Source: Octopus vulgaris (Eukaryota). From it: DNA of 64,000 nucleotides. The position numbers and the translations under genes are program-made. Under the pieces are notes generated by a model that had not been told where the DNA came from, ran no database searches, and saw only the letters and a program-made list of their open reading frames with translations. This document shows positions 40,251 through 53,380 of the stretch, piece by piece. Position 1 is the first letter of the stretch, and every line of letters begins with the position of its first letter. The stretch lies in assembly GCA_951406725.2 (NCBI GenBank), contig OX597833.1, positions 46,686,001-46,750,000 on the forward strand, read 5' to 3'.

Positions 40251-41299
40251 TCGTAATAATAATAATAATAATAATAGTAATAATAATAATAGAAGAAGAA
40301 GAAGAAGAAGAAGAAGAAGAAGAAGAAGAAGAAGAAGAAGAAGAAGAAGAAGAAGAGTTTTCTTTAAAAAAAAAGAAACTCAGAAAATTTTTACAGAACT
40401 GATTACATCTCCAATTATATATTTGAATCCCAAACCTGACACATCTTAAAAATCATTACTGACTTCCTCTTCCACATTACAACTGGTTTTGATCAACTTA
40501 AGAAGTATGGCACTGAGTTTAAGTCAAAATCAGTCATCATAAAATTAGTCTTGTGTGTTGAAGAAAAAGCCAGATGTAAAATTTCTATACAGTCAGACAA
40601 CTTGCCAAAAATGGTAGCCAGGTCTCAAATTATACTTTATTATCTTTAAAAAAGAAGGATACACAGTCCAAGGAAGGCTCTGTCAAAAATGATATTTTCA
40701 AAAACTAGGATGGACAGTCACAGTTATAATACTTTAGATTATAGGTCACTCTAATTCTGTCTGTTGTTAAGCCTAGAAAGTTTACCTAACCACTTACTAA
40801 TTCAATGAACATTATGTAAGTTGAGGTAGGCTTCAAAAGATACCACATTCAATACAAAGAATTCTCTTTCTTGAACATAAAGAATATAAAAGTCTGTGAT
40901 AAAAAAATTCTGCTCAAATATAGTTTAGATCAAACCTCTTATTAAATCAATAATCTCAGACACAAACCAGTGAGAAAGCCTTTATGTGACCAATTAATCT
41001 GCTAGAAATAGTACCAAATCTTCTTCACATCACATCCTACAGTTGCTATCATCATCATTATCATCAGCATTTAATGTTTTTTTCCAGGCTGGCATTCCAA
41101 TGTCTTTTCTATGCTGAGTAGGATTGTTTGACAGAGAACTGGTGAGCTAGGGGGTTGAGCCAAGCCCCCAAATCATCTTTGAGTGTGGTTTCTATAGCTG
41201 GATGCCCTTTCCAATGCCAACCCCTTTACAGAGTATGCTGGATGCCTTTTTTTTTTTGTGACACCAGTACAAATGAGGTTGCCGTGTGACTTGATAGAT

Positions 41300-42176
41300 A
41301 GAAAAGAGCTGTCATTCTGCTCGAGGGCCTGTCCCCACCGCCTGCCATAACTACAGTGGGTTACACCACACCGAAATTGGCAGCATCAACAATTGAGGTT
41401 GATACCCTTCTCTGACAAGAGCTGGTACTTCATTTCCACCTCAGATGGCAGAGTGATGGTGTGGCATAGGATAGGTAAATGCTAGAGACACATGTGTCAT
41501 GAAGAGAGACATATGGGGTGGCCAAAGTATCATGGTTTGGGGTGCTTTAGGCCTGAATCAGAATATTGGGCTCCATATATACCAAAATGTTGGTGCAGGC
41601 AGAGGGAATGGGATCACAGCACAGCACTAAATTGAACAGATCCTAAGACCTCATACTGTGCCCTTTTTCACACATCACCATAGCCATGTATTCCAGCAAG
41701 ACAATGCTCCCTCCCACATGGCCAGGGTCACCATGAACTTTCTGCATCAGCACAACATCAGAACCATGCCGTGGCCGGCTCTTAGCCCGGATTTGAACCC
41801 AATTGAACACACGTGGGACGAAGTCCAGAAACAGCTGAACCAGGTGGTCCCAAGGCTGACAACTCATGTGGAACTGGAGGTAGATTTCCTCAGGGTGTGG
41901 AGACAGGTACCAATGGCTTTTGTGAACTGCCTCATGCACTCCATGTACCGATGGTGTATGGCTGCTTTGAACATGGTATTGAACACGTCATGTCCTACAA
42001 TCTCAGTATGTTGGATCCACCCACTACCAGAACACATGACAACGACCCACAGACTGCGATCAAAGTGCATCCAAGAAATTGATTTTATCAGATTTATCAA
42101 AATTTATCTCTGACATAATGAAATTACAACACATTTCACAATCACACACATCTCGTGTTTCTTTTGCAGTTCAGTG
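41300..42176 (+). pseudogene. Degraded Tc1 (DD34E) transposase with right end
   Basis: FQQDNAPSH...WPALSPDLNPIE has 34 residues between D and E. Upstream reads GGQSIMVWG. The element ends CAGTG|TA. Confidence 0.85.
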
Positions 42177-42353
42177 TATATACTATCACATCATTGAAAT
42201 CTAGAAGCAGTGAAATAATTCATGATTAATTCAAACCAATTTGAATAAATAAACACTATGATTGACAGAATAATCTGAATGCTAAAGGGTCAAATCTATT
42301 ATTGAAATTCATTTTGTCTGGGATAAAACTTGAAGTTTTGTCTGACAGCTTAA

Positions 42354-42575
42354 CCCTCTTGTTACTGTATTTATTTTGAGATGCTCTGTGTTTCTTTCAA
42401 TCAATTTTAAATATAACAAAGAATTTAGGAAAATAAATTAGTTATCATTAAGCTAGTGTTAGGAATATAAACTGTGACTAAGGTTTGGTGGAAGATTTTA
42501 ATTCAAAACTTATGAAAACAAGATATTTGTACTACAGAGCCAGAGCCAGTTTTGGCTGGGTTGGTAACGAAAGGG
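42354..42575. mobile_element. piggyBac-like MITE
   Basis: TTAA|CCCTCTTGTTAC ... GTAACGAAAGGG|TTAA. A degraded reverse copy lies at about 46440-46666. Confidence 0.7.
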
Positions 42576-42967
42576 TTAATGAATAAACCACCAGACAAAA
42601 CTTAACATCCCAGTTAGATCAAATTCTATAATCAATTTATATAAAATCAAATTCTATCATCAATTTGTAAATTTCAAACTGATCCAATAAGCGGAAGACA
42701 TAAGGACAGAGAAAGAACAAAATGGTTGGATAATATCCGTAGTCGCAGTTGGTCATCCTTGGGATTCCAGTTCAAAAGTGTAATGATGGTGGCTTCTAAT
42801 AGGGGGTACCTGAGGACCCTACCTCCATGATCCTCACTTCCTGGAATTGTGGGCAGAGAAAATGGATAGGTGGATGGAATTTGTAAATAACAAGCCATCA
42901 ATTCTTCAGAGTCGATGGCTTCTCATTAGCACCATCATCATGTCACTAACGACAGGGTGTTTAAATT

Positions 42968-43380
42968 TATTTCTTTACTACCTACAAGGGGCTAAACACA
43001 GAGGGGACAAACAAGGACAGACAAACGGATTAAGTTGATTACATCAACCCCAGTGCATAACTGGTACTTATTTAATCGACCCCGAAAGGATGAAGGGCAA
43101 AGTAAACCTTGGCGGAATTTGAACTCAGAACATAGCGGCAGATGAAATACCTATTTATTTATTACCCACAAGGGGCTAAACACAGAGGGGACAAACAAGG
43201 ACAGACAAATGGATTAAGTCGATTACATCGACCCCAGTGCGTAACTGGTACTTAATTTATCGACCTCGAAAGGACGAAAGGCAAAGTCAACCTCAGTGGA
43301 ATCTGAACTCAGAATGTAATGGCAGACGAAATATGGCTATGCATTTCGCCCCGCGTGCTAACGGTCTTGCCAGCTGGCCA
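42968..43380 (-). mobile_element. Nin-domain-type SINE dimer
   Basis: Two bodies and one head, flanked by direct repeat CAGGGTGTTTAAAT. Confidence 0.8.
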
Positions 43381-43992
43381 GCAGGGTGTTTAAATCTATT
43401 TGCATCGAATGCCCAGCTATGCAATAAGGTCAAATTATTCCTTTCCGTGTATCCCTTTAATCAGTTCAACCCTGGAGGGTAAAAATATATAACTAAATCA
43501 AAATTTGGAGGCCTGTTTTTGTTTTTTGGTTTACATTTTTATTATTTTTACTTCCTGTCAGAATATAGTTGAGCTTAGTGACATTAAAGTTCAACTGTAA
43601 TCATTGAAGCTTGGTTAGGTAGCGGGGAAATATAAGGAGGGAAAGAAGTGGGGTTTCAGATTTGTTAGTAGTTTATAGTGTCGTTTTTCTTAAAGTTAAT
43701 TGAAATTATCAAAAAAGATTTCATGGCTAAGTGCCAAGTGCTTGAAATCTAGCCATAGATGCTGGTACAAAGTAACTGGAACAGGAACGACTGCCACAAT
43801 AGTGTTAAGTAGGACCCATTAAGATAAGAAGGAACAAAGAAACAAATTGAAAGCACACTTCAAAAATTTAGATAAATTCTGGAATTTATAAACCTATCCA
43901 ACCCATTTTTTTATAAAAGAAATATGCTGTAAGAAACTAACTCAGCAAAAGTTACCCTGAAGGTTTTCTTATGTTTAAGTGCATGGGCATGA

Positions 43993-44035
<43 letters not shown>

Positions 44036-44036
44036 T

Positions 44037-44089
<53 letters not shown>

Positions 44090-44313
44090 AGAGAGACAGA
44101 CAGACAGAGGATATGAAACGCTTCAATTAATTAACCCAGTTTGAAGTATGTCTCTGTCACACACACACATGCATGTGTGCATGCATATATACACATACAG
44201 AGTCACAGATGATTGAGTTAATAAGAAGCCAGACAACCAGCAGAAAATCTGATACGTCATAACTCTCACCATTACCAAATGCTGCACTATGCCAATGACT
44301 ACTACACTTAACC

Positions 44314-44368
<55 letters not shown>

Positions 44369-45309
44369 CTCTCTAGCTGGCTCAGTTCAACAAACTATAT
44401 ATAACTGGTAGAGTGTGGTTTAGGGGTATTTTGTTGCTTTTTCTAGCAGACCAAGTGACTAGGAACAGCTCAATATTAAAAGTAGAGCACTTTGTAAATT
44501 AACAAATGAGTCTTGATGCCGCAGTGTTGAGCAGCTGAAGTTTTTATAAGAATCAAGAGAAGACTTGAATGGCAGTGCCCCAGCATGACCACAGCTCATG
44601 AGCTGAAACTAGATAAAATAAAATAAAATACACTTAGCAGTTCGGCAAAAGAGACCGATAGAATAAGTACTGGGCTTACAAAGAATAAGTCCCAGGGTCG
44701 AGTTGCTCGATTAAAAGGCAGTGCTCCAGCATGGCCACAGTCAAATGACTGAAACAAGTAAAAGAGTAAAAGAGTACGAAAAAAAGACAGTGAAAAATCT
44801 ACACCAGACAATCAGTCTCAGACCAGTGTCCATAATTGTCTTGGTCAACTTTGCCATTTGTTCTCAACCCAAGCTTTGGTCTGGTTCCAACTGAAGCTGC
44901 ACTTGTTAGATGTCCAATAATAAACCTAAATTACTTTAACCCTTTAAATTTATTTGCATCGAATGCCCAGCAATGCAATCAGGTCAAATTATTCCTTTCC
45001 ATGTATCCCTTTAATCAGTTCAACCTTGAAGGGTAAAAATATATAAATAAATCAAAATTTGGAGGCTTGTTTTTGTCTTTTGTTTTTATTTTTATTATTT
45101 TTACTTCCTGTCAGAATATAGTTGAGCTTAGTGACATTAAAGTTCAGCTGTAATCGTTTCAGATTACTTTCAGATTATTTTGTCAAATGCAATGCTTATT
45201 TAACCATATTCTTTTGAATTAATCATGTATTATCTCATAGCTTTGAGATTTTGATGATGTGATAGATTATTGGCACCGCATAAAACGCACCCATGACAGC
45301 ACCACATAG

Positions 45310-45780
45310 TAAGTATCTGTGATGTGTTGCAGAGTCCTGGTGCCAGACGTAGGGTCTTCCAGCAGCTACCCTCTTGACCCAGAACAGCACTACCTCCTCC
45401 AGGAACTTGACATAGGCCTCTGTGCTGAGTCTGAGGCCGTGTAGGAAGATGAATGGAGGTATAGTATTGCCATCACTAGTGATCATCCCAAGTGTCATAA
45501 TGTTGACTGGATGTTTGGTTTTTATCACTCTCTGTACATGTCCTCAGATTGACACCCAAACACTCTGAAATGTTCATATTGGAGCTTCCATCACAAATAC
45601 CAAGCAGTAACAGCATGTCATTTCCAAATTTTTGGCAGAGTGAATTGCATCATGGTGCTATTTTTCTCATAGATGGTGCCAAACTGACCCTACCATACTG
45701 TGTAGCCAACAAAATCACAAACAATGCATATGCGCAAAATTAAAAATATAAAATGGCAACAATTTATCCATCACACTATA
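45310..45780 (-). pseudogene. Degraded Tc1/mariner-superfamily transposase fragment
   Basis: KTKHPVNIMTLGMITSDG...PPFIF...YVKFLEEVV...RPYVWHQDSA resembles the region up to the second catalytic D. The third residue is missing, so the family is unresolved. Confidence 0.7.
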
Positions 45781-46154
45781 TGTATAGCACCGCCTTGACT
45801 GGCTTCAGTGTCAGTGGCATGTAAAAAGCACCAACTGATCATAGCTGTTGCCATCCTTCCCTGGCTCCTGTGCCAGTGGCACGTAAAAAGCATCCACTAC
45901 ACTCACAGAGTGGTTGGTGTTAGGAAGAGCATCCAGCTATAGAAACACTGCCAGATCAGACTGGAGCCTGGTGCAGCCTCCTGGCTTCCCAGACCCCGGT
46001 TGAACCGTCCAACCCATGCTAGCATGGAAAACAGACGTTAAATGATGATGATGATATATATATATATATATAACTTATAAAATAAGGGCAAGAGAAAAAT
46101 TCTAATGCCAAACACACATACATACACACACATTTGTGTGTGTCTGTGTGTGTG

Positions 46155-46192
<38 letters not shown>

Positions 46193-47557
46193 GGCACACA
46201 TACACACACATACACACACATACATGTGAGTGTGAATATATGTGTGTGTGTGTGTATGTAATATATACACATAATACATACACACACACTGGACTTCCAC
46301 ACAGTTTCCATTTACCAAATTCAAAAGGCATTAAACAATCTGGGGATATAAGAGACATTTGCAACTACAAGTAGTTGCAAACTTCTGGTGTTTTCTGCCA
46401 CAATCTAATTTCGGTATGTACCTTTCTTTTCTTGTTTTAAACCTTTTTATGATACCAGCCTACCCGAGACCACTTCTGATTCTAAGAAAGAAGCTTCTTG
46501 CTTTACAGTGATCTCAATTACAACCTTCCAAAAAAATTTGTTAATTTATGTTCCAAACACAAGATTACTAATGACAAAATTATTTCACTAAATGGTCCAT
46601 AACTTTTAAAATTAATTAAAACCAAAGCAGTATATTTCAACAGAAATACAGTAACAAAGAAGTTAAATAATGAGATGTCGATGACGCATGTGTCAGTAGT
46701 AACATGTTAAGGATGTTTTAGGTGACATGCAATGGACTATGAAGGGGAAAAAAGATCTCAGTGCAGTATCATGTTATAGAATGCTTGCTGAATTTGATAA
46801 GGAATCTTAAAAGTTTAACGTATTAACCTGAAAAACAAATGGTATTTTTCAGTAATATCAACTACTATAGTACTTTATATTACAATCCATAAATTAAAAG
46901 TTTGTTAAAAATTAATGAATTAGCAACTCATTATTGGTCACTCATACTGACTCTTATGATAAATGCATGGTTTGGTGGGTGGGGTGGGGGGTGAATTTTT
47001 ATTCTTTTTTTATTCTTCCATTCTTGTTTTCTAAATCCTATCATAATGGCATCAGCTGCTAGTGTAAAGATAATGAATTATCACATAAAGGAATTTTCAA
47101 GATTGATTGATTGATTCAACAATATGGTGTTATTGATAAGAATGATCAAGATGTATGCACGTTGAAAGGAGCTACGCGTGAATGCTAAAAAGCATTTTGA
47201 TATTAAATACCAATCACTTCCTTAAAAAAAAAAAAAAAAAAAAAAAAAGAAATTCTGAAGATTGCAAAGAATATCTATCTAAGCATCTAAAGTAGAAACA
47301 CTTCCAATCAAAGAATTTAATTAAAATTTTTGATAGATCTAGTAGCAGCAATGCTTTTGTATCTGGTTTGCAAGATTCTTTATGTGAATTTGTGTGTTGA
47401 AACAAATTTTGTTGTATCTAGGGAGAGTCCTTATACCAATATAATTTACATACACACTGGTTCAATTCTACTCATTAATTATTAGTCGATTGTTTAAATA
47501 TCCAACTAATTAATTAAACGTTTGCTGAAGTTATTTAACCAATTGACATATATTTTA

Positions 47558-47905
47558 TATTTCTATTGCCCACAGGGAGGCTAAACATAGAGGGGGCAAA
47601 CAAGGACAGACAAACTGATTAAGTCGATTACATCGACCCTAGTGCGTAACTGGTACTTATTTAATCGACCCTGAAAAGATGAATGGCAAAGTTGACCTCG
47701 GCGGAATTTGAACTCAGAACCTAACAGCAAACGAAATACCTATTTCTTTACTACCCACAAGGGGCTAAACACAGAGGGGACTAACAAAGACAGACAAATG
47801 GATTAAGTTGATTATATCGACCCCAGTGTGTAACTGGTACTTATTTAATCAACCCCAAAAGGATGAAAGGCAAAGTCGACCTCGGCGGAATTTGAACTCA
47901 GAACT
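47558..47905 (-). mobile_element. Nin-domain-type SINE dimer, 5'-fused to a CORE SINE head
   Basis: Same GAAATACC|TATTTCTTT junction at about 47740. Confidence 0.75.
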
Positions 47906-48102
47906 TGGTTCGTAAGCAAGCTACTTACCACACAGCCACTCCTACGCCTATATTTTCATAAAGATTCAATTCATGCGGAGTTAAGTGAAAGAATTTGCAT
48001 AAAAATATATCACAACAAACATGACTTTTTCCTTAAAATGTTTTGTGAAAGACAAACAGATTTATCAAAGATACATTCAGTTACAACTGTTTCCTTAATA
48101 TA

Positions 48103-48668
48103 TTGGGTTGTCCGGAAAGTTTGTGCCGATTTATAGTAGTTTACCTTTCGACTTATTTTAAAACATGGTTGAGTCCATAAAATAGGATTTGACTACACCT
48201 CCATTTAGAGCACAGTTTAAGCTATCTTTTCTTGGAAGAAGGTTTATGTTCCTATAACCTGTGTTAATTCCGTAACCCTTTAAAATGGAAGACAAGAAAG
48301 TTTCATTTTCAGCACTTGATGCTTTGAGAACCAGACAAAAATTGCTGCAGTTCAGCTGGGATGTGTTACCCCACCCTCCATATTCACCAGATATTGCTCC
48401 TTCGGATTTCCACTTATTCAGGTCTCTGCAGAATAGTCTTAATGGTAAAAATTTCAATTCCTTGGATGACGTAAAATGATACCTTGATGAATTCTTTGCC
48501 ATGAAACCACCTCAATTCTGGGAAGAAGGTATTTTCAAGTTAAAGGAAAGATGGAGACGCATTATGCAACAAAATGGTTCATATTTGGCTGATAAAAATG
48601 TAATGGCAAGTATTTATTGACCTTTTTGTTCCCTTTAAAAATCAGCATGAACTTTCCAGACAACGCAA
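48103..48668 (+). mobile_element. Internally deleted mariner (DD34D) element
   Basis: TIRs TTGGGTTGTCCGGAAAGTTTGTGCCGATTT and AAATCAGCATGAACTTTCCAGACAACGCAA. Start MEDKKV is fused to the C-terminal WDVLPHPPYSPDIAPSDFHLFRSLQN, followed by a premature stop. Confidence 0.88.
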
Positions 48669-49749
48669 AAGTAAAGATGAATTGTAAAGCAATTTACAGC
48701 TGGTGATCATCCCTTTGTTTCTTTTACTGATATTGTACACCAGGAAAGACTGCACAAATGTAGGCTTTGAATACAAGAAGGATGTGATGAGAGTTGTGAT
48801 AAAAATAGTCAATTTGATGACCGCCACCAACACTTTTGAATAAAAGAGAATTTTATTTACTTCTAAATGAAGCTAAATCAGTTTACAATGGTTCACTGAA
48901 ATATAATGATATATGATGGCTGAATCACATCCTGGCCAAGTACTTGAATGAGTTTTAAGTGAAATCAAACTATTTTTACTCATGTTAAAGCTTTGGGTAT
49001 GATTTCCTTCAGTTAAATAATTTGGCTTGAGTCAGTGAGCTTACGTTTCTCATGGATTTTTAATTGCATCTAAATGTCTGAATGAAATCGATATTAAACT
49101 TCTCAAAGACATTTGTGACAATGATAGTAAGGAATTGGAAAGAGAAAATCCTAGCATAATGTATAGCAACAGCACAAGGTTACAGTAGATAATGAGGTGT
49201 GGTGGTTGTGTCTGAGGCCTCCTAACCATCAACCATGGGGAAGGATCCATTCTTTGATTTGTTCATGATTGATTTTGTTTTGGTCAAAATTTTAAGAGTA
49301 AACTCAGAATATTTTAATACAATTTAGATAATAACATTTCCAAATACTTCCCAAAAGTGAAGAAGCATTTTGGAAAAAAATAAATAAATATAAATAAAAA
49401 CCATAAGCAACATGCTAAAACAGTTTATAGAAGTTCTTAGTTGATGTAACCAATTGGCTTTCTTTTAGATTTGAAACAGTTTAAAAGGTCAGAGGAAACA
49501 ATATAATTTATTGTTATATTTTGGGATACTCTTACTCTTTTACTTGTTTCAGTCATTTGACTGCGGCCATGCTGGAGCACAGCCTTTAGTCGAGCAAATC
49601 GACCCCAGGACTTATTCTTTGGTTCTGGGTTCAGTTCCACTGTATGGCATCTTGGACAAGTATCTTCTACTATAGCCTCGGGCCGACAAAAGCCTTGCAA
49701 GTGGATTTGGTAGACGGAAACTGAAAGAATCCTGTTGTATATAAATATC

Positions 49750-50054
49750 ACTGTGACTGAGACTGACCAGGCTATCAGATGTTGCTACACATCGCTGGTC
49801 ACAATGCACTTTGCATTGTTTTAGCCTTCAAATGATGCCACCCTGCTGGCTAAGTGAGCAGGCCAACAGGATTAAGAGTGAGAGAAAGTTGTGATGAAAG
49901 AGTACAGCAGGGATCGCCACCACCCGCTGCCAGAGCCTCGTGGAACTTTAGGTGTTTTTGCTCAATAAACACTCACAATGCTCGGTCTGGGAATCGAAAC
50001 TGTGATCCTATGACCGCGAGTTCGCTGCCCTAACCACTAGGCCATTGCGCATCC
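49750..50054 (-). mobile_element. Third tRNA-derived SINE family
   Basis: Minus strand begins GGATGCGCAATGGCCTAGTGGTTAGGGCAGCG...GTTTCGATTCCC (A and B boxes), followed by a non-tRNA body. Confidence 0.65.
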
Positions 50055-50069
50055 ACATATATATATATA

Positions 50070-50827
50070 TGTCGCTTGTCGTTGGGTTTTCCCACGCCCG
50101 TCTCCGCGGGACCACTCTTCCATCTTCCCCTCCGCTGGAGTCTTTTTCCTAAACCCCCCCTTTTTTTCGTTACACACACGCGCACACATATACACACATT
50201 GCTTAAACATATACATTACTCTTACACACATTCAATCTACTCGCCACTAATACTACCACGACACTGGACACACACACACACTACTACTCAACACACGCTG
50301 GCACGCTACATACGCCCCCACCCCTTCCCCTCCCTCCCTTCCTCCTTCCTCCCTTTTCTCACTACTCACCTTTGTCTGCTATGCTGCTGCTATGCTGACC
50401 ACCGTCTCGCCCTACCTCACACGCCTACACACAGACGCACACACTAACACATACATATATTTTTTGTTTTTTTTACCTCGCCTCACACACACACATACAC
50501 ACACGCACACGCACACACTCACACATACACACACATCTGTTGCGTTACCAACCTTGTCTCCACTCTTTTGCCTTAAAAAACCCACTTTGCTCTTGTTATC
50601 GTAAACATCCGCCTTTCACCATGTGCTACTCCTAACACCAGTCGTTTTTTTCTCTATCTCCGTTGCCCGCTCCGGGATCTTTCTTTCCTCTCTCTTCCTT
50701 CTTTATGTTTCCGACGAAGAGCTCCGCTCGAAACGTCATACCTCCCTGCTTCCATTTCCTGAGCGCCTATTAATAATAATACTGTCATTGTTCCATTGTT
50801 GTTGTTTTTTTGTTTCCCGTTTTGATT

Positions 50828-50830
<3 letters not shown>
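50070..50830 (+). mobile_element. Penelope-like element remnant with minimal hammerhead-like motif
   Basis: CpG-rich block between (TA)n tracts containing CCGACGA-A-GAGC-TCC-GCTC-GAAA-CGTC. No RT/GIY-YIG ORF is seen, so the class is inferred from the motif. Confidence 0.5.
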
Positions 50831-50876
<46 letters not shown>

Positions 50877-51160
50877 TATATCTATGTGTGTGTTTTTGTA
50901 TGTGTTTGTCACCCACCACCACTTGACAATTGGTGTTGGTGTGTTTACATCCCCATAACTTAGTGGAAACCGATAGAATAAGTACTAGGCCTAAACAAAA
51001 AGTCCTGGGGTCAATTTGTTCGACTAAAACCCTTCAAGGTAGTGTCCCAGTACGGTCACAAACAAATGACTGAAACAAGTTAAAGATAATTGTACCTGCT
51101 TTATGCTCAAACCAATCAGATCTGGCCTCTCACACCCACCCTACAATCTCATTCTAAAAA

Positions 51161-51287
51161 TAGGCGCAGGAGTGGCTGTGTGGTAAGTAGCTTGTTTACA
51201 CCTTGGGCAAGTGTCTTCTACTATAGCCTCGGGCCGACCAAAGCCTTGTGAGTGGATTTGGTAGACGGAAACTGAAAGAAGCCCGTC

Positions 51288-51318
<31 letters not shown>

Positions 51319-51522
51319 TGTGTGTGTTTGTGTTTGTCCCCCTAGCATTGCTTGACAACCGATGCTGGTGTGTTTATGTCCCCATTACTTAGCGGTTCGG
51401 CAAAAGAGACCGATAGAATAAGTACTGGGCTTTCAAAAGAATAAGTCCCAGGGTCGAGTTACTCGATTAAAGGCGGTGCTCCAGCATGGCTGCAGTCAAA
51501 TGACTGAAACAAGTAAAAGAGT
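51161..51522 (+). mobile_element. CORE-type SINE inserted in a piggyBac-like MITE
   Basis: SINE with a partial head deletion. MITE sequence lies on both sides and ends AATGCTAAAGGG|TTAA at about 51658. Confidence 0.75.
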
Positions 51523-52348
51523 AATCACATCGTCAAAATTTCAAAGCTACAAGATAAAGCATCAGTAATTCAAAAACCTAAGCCTAATTGTAATTCAGAA
51601 CAATGTGAATAAAATAAGCATTACATTTGACAACGTAATCTAAAATGCTAAAGGGTTAAATTCTTGCAAAAGCAATCCTAAAGATTATCTCATTATCATT
51701 TTTATCATAAAAAGCATTGTTCACAGCACCACTCAGTAATATAATAGACAAGCAAGAGAAACAAAAGGAATAATGACTTGAATGCTGATGCACGGCATTA
51801 TAACATATTACAACCCTCCCATAAAGGAACCACCTTGAACTTTGACCAACTAAAATGTCGTTAAAGTTAACATTGCTTTTTAAAATTCACTTCCTTATTC
51901 TAGATTTTTTTTTTTAATCATTTATTTTTCATTTGTTTTAGTCATTCAATTGTGGCCATGCTGGGGTACCACCTTGAAATGTTTAGTTGAATAAATCAAC
52001 CCCAGTTGGTACTTATTCCATCAGACTTTTTCCAAACCACTAAGTTACATGGATGTAAATAAACCAACACTAAATGTCAAATGGTAGTGGGGGGGACAAA
52101 CACATACTTGCATATATATCATCATCATCATCATCATCACCACCATCATTTAATGTCCGTGTTCCATGCTGACACAAGTTGGATGCTTTGACAGATATAT
52201 CAATGTGTGCAAAGACTGCATCAAGCTCCAGTATTTGCCTCACACACACATAAGAGGCTTCCACACAGTTTTCATTTAACTAGCAGATTTTCACCCAACT
52301 TTGATCCCTCATACTATTACCAGCATTGTCTTCTCTGGCACTGCACCT

Positions 52349-52581
52349 ATTTCTTTACTACCCACAAGGGGCTCAACACAGAGGGGACAAACAAGGACAG
52401 ACAAATGGATTAAGTCGAATACATCGACCCCTAGTGCATAACTGGTACTTATTTAATCCACCCCTAAAGCATGAAAGGCAAAGTCGACCTCGGTGGAATT
52501 TGAACTCAGAACGTAACGGCAGACGAAATACTGCAATGCATTTCGCCCGGCATGCTAACGATTATCCCAGCTCACCACCTT
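52349..52581 (-). mobile_element. Nin-domain-type SINE monomer with 15-bp TSD
   Basis: TCTGGCACTGCACCT at 52334-52348 and 52582-52596. Confidence 0.85.
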
Positions 52582-52854
52582 TCTGGCACTGCACCTGATT
52601 TCTTTGATGTCTTTTTTCCTTTTCTTCTAAAATATTCAGCCTTCAGTTCTTAAGGTCATTGCAATACCTCTCCTTGATTATGCCTATACTAAATCCTACT
52701 GAAAAGAGATTTGACAGAATATATTTGACCAACTTTGTTCCATATAGTTTTTGGTCTACCAGTAGTTGTCTGGTTTACTGTTTTAAGGAGTCTTACATTT
52801 ATTGCTACCATTTATAATAGTATGTTTTACTATCTCACAACAACTAAAGCTTAA

Positions 52855-53068
52855 CCCTTTAGCATTTAAACCGGCCATATCCGGCCAAAAGTATTCTGCC
52901 TGCTTTATGTTCAAAATGGCCAGATCTGGTCTCTCAGACCAACCCTGCAATACAGATTTAAAATTAACAGCTACCTCATCAATATCTCAAAGCTACAAGA
53001 TAATGCATGATTAGTTCAAAACAATGTGGGTAAAATAATGTGGGTAGAATAATGCGAACACTAAAGGG
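52855..53068. mobile_element. piggyBac-like MITE (second family)
   Basis: TTAA|CCCTTTAGCATT ... ACACTAAAGGG|TTAA. Related copies lie at about 24480-24665, 34395-34622 and 58260-58480. Confidence 0.72.
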
Positions 53069-53380
53069 TTAATAAAGTTCCATTTTTTAGGATGAGATCA
53101 AACTCCTTTATTTGTTTTTAATGAAAGAAGGAAATGCTGGCAATCAATACAGATGAGATTTTGCAGGGCCCCAAATACTAGTGAGGGAAAAGGACACAGA
53201 AACAACAAATCACTACCGCCATCATCATCATCATCATCACCACCACCATTCAACATCCACCTTCCATGCTGACACAAGTTAGAATGTCACAATCCAAGTC
53301 CTGTTTTGAAGCCATTACCCTCCTGGATGAGTTGGAAGATTATGTCTTATTTACGTATTCTATTTTTGATTTGATTTCTA

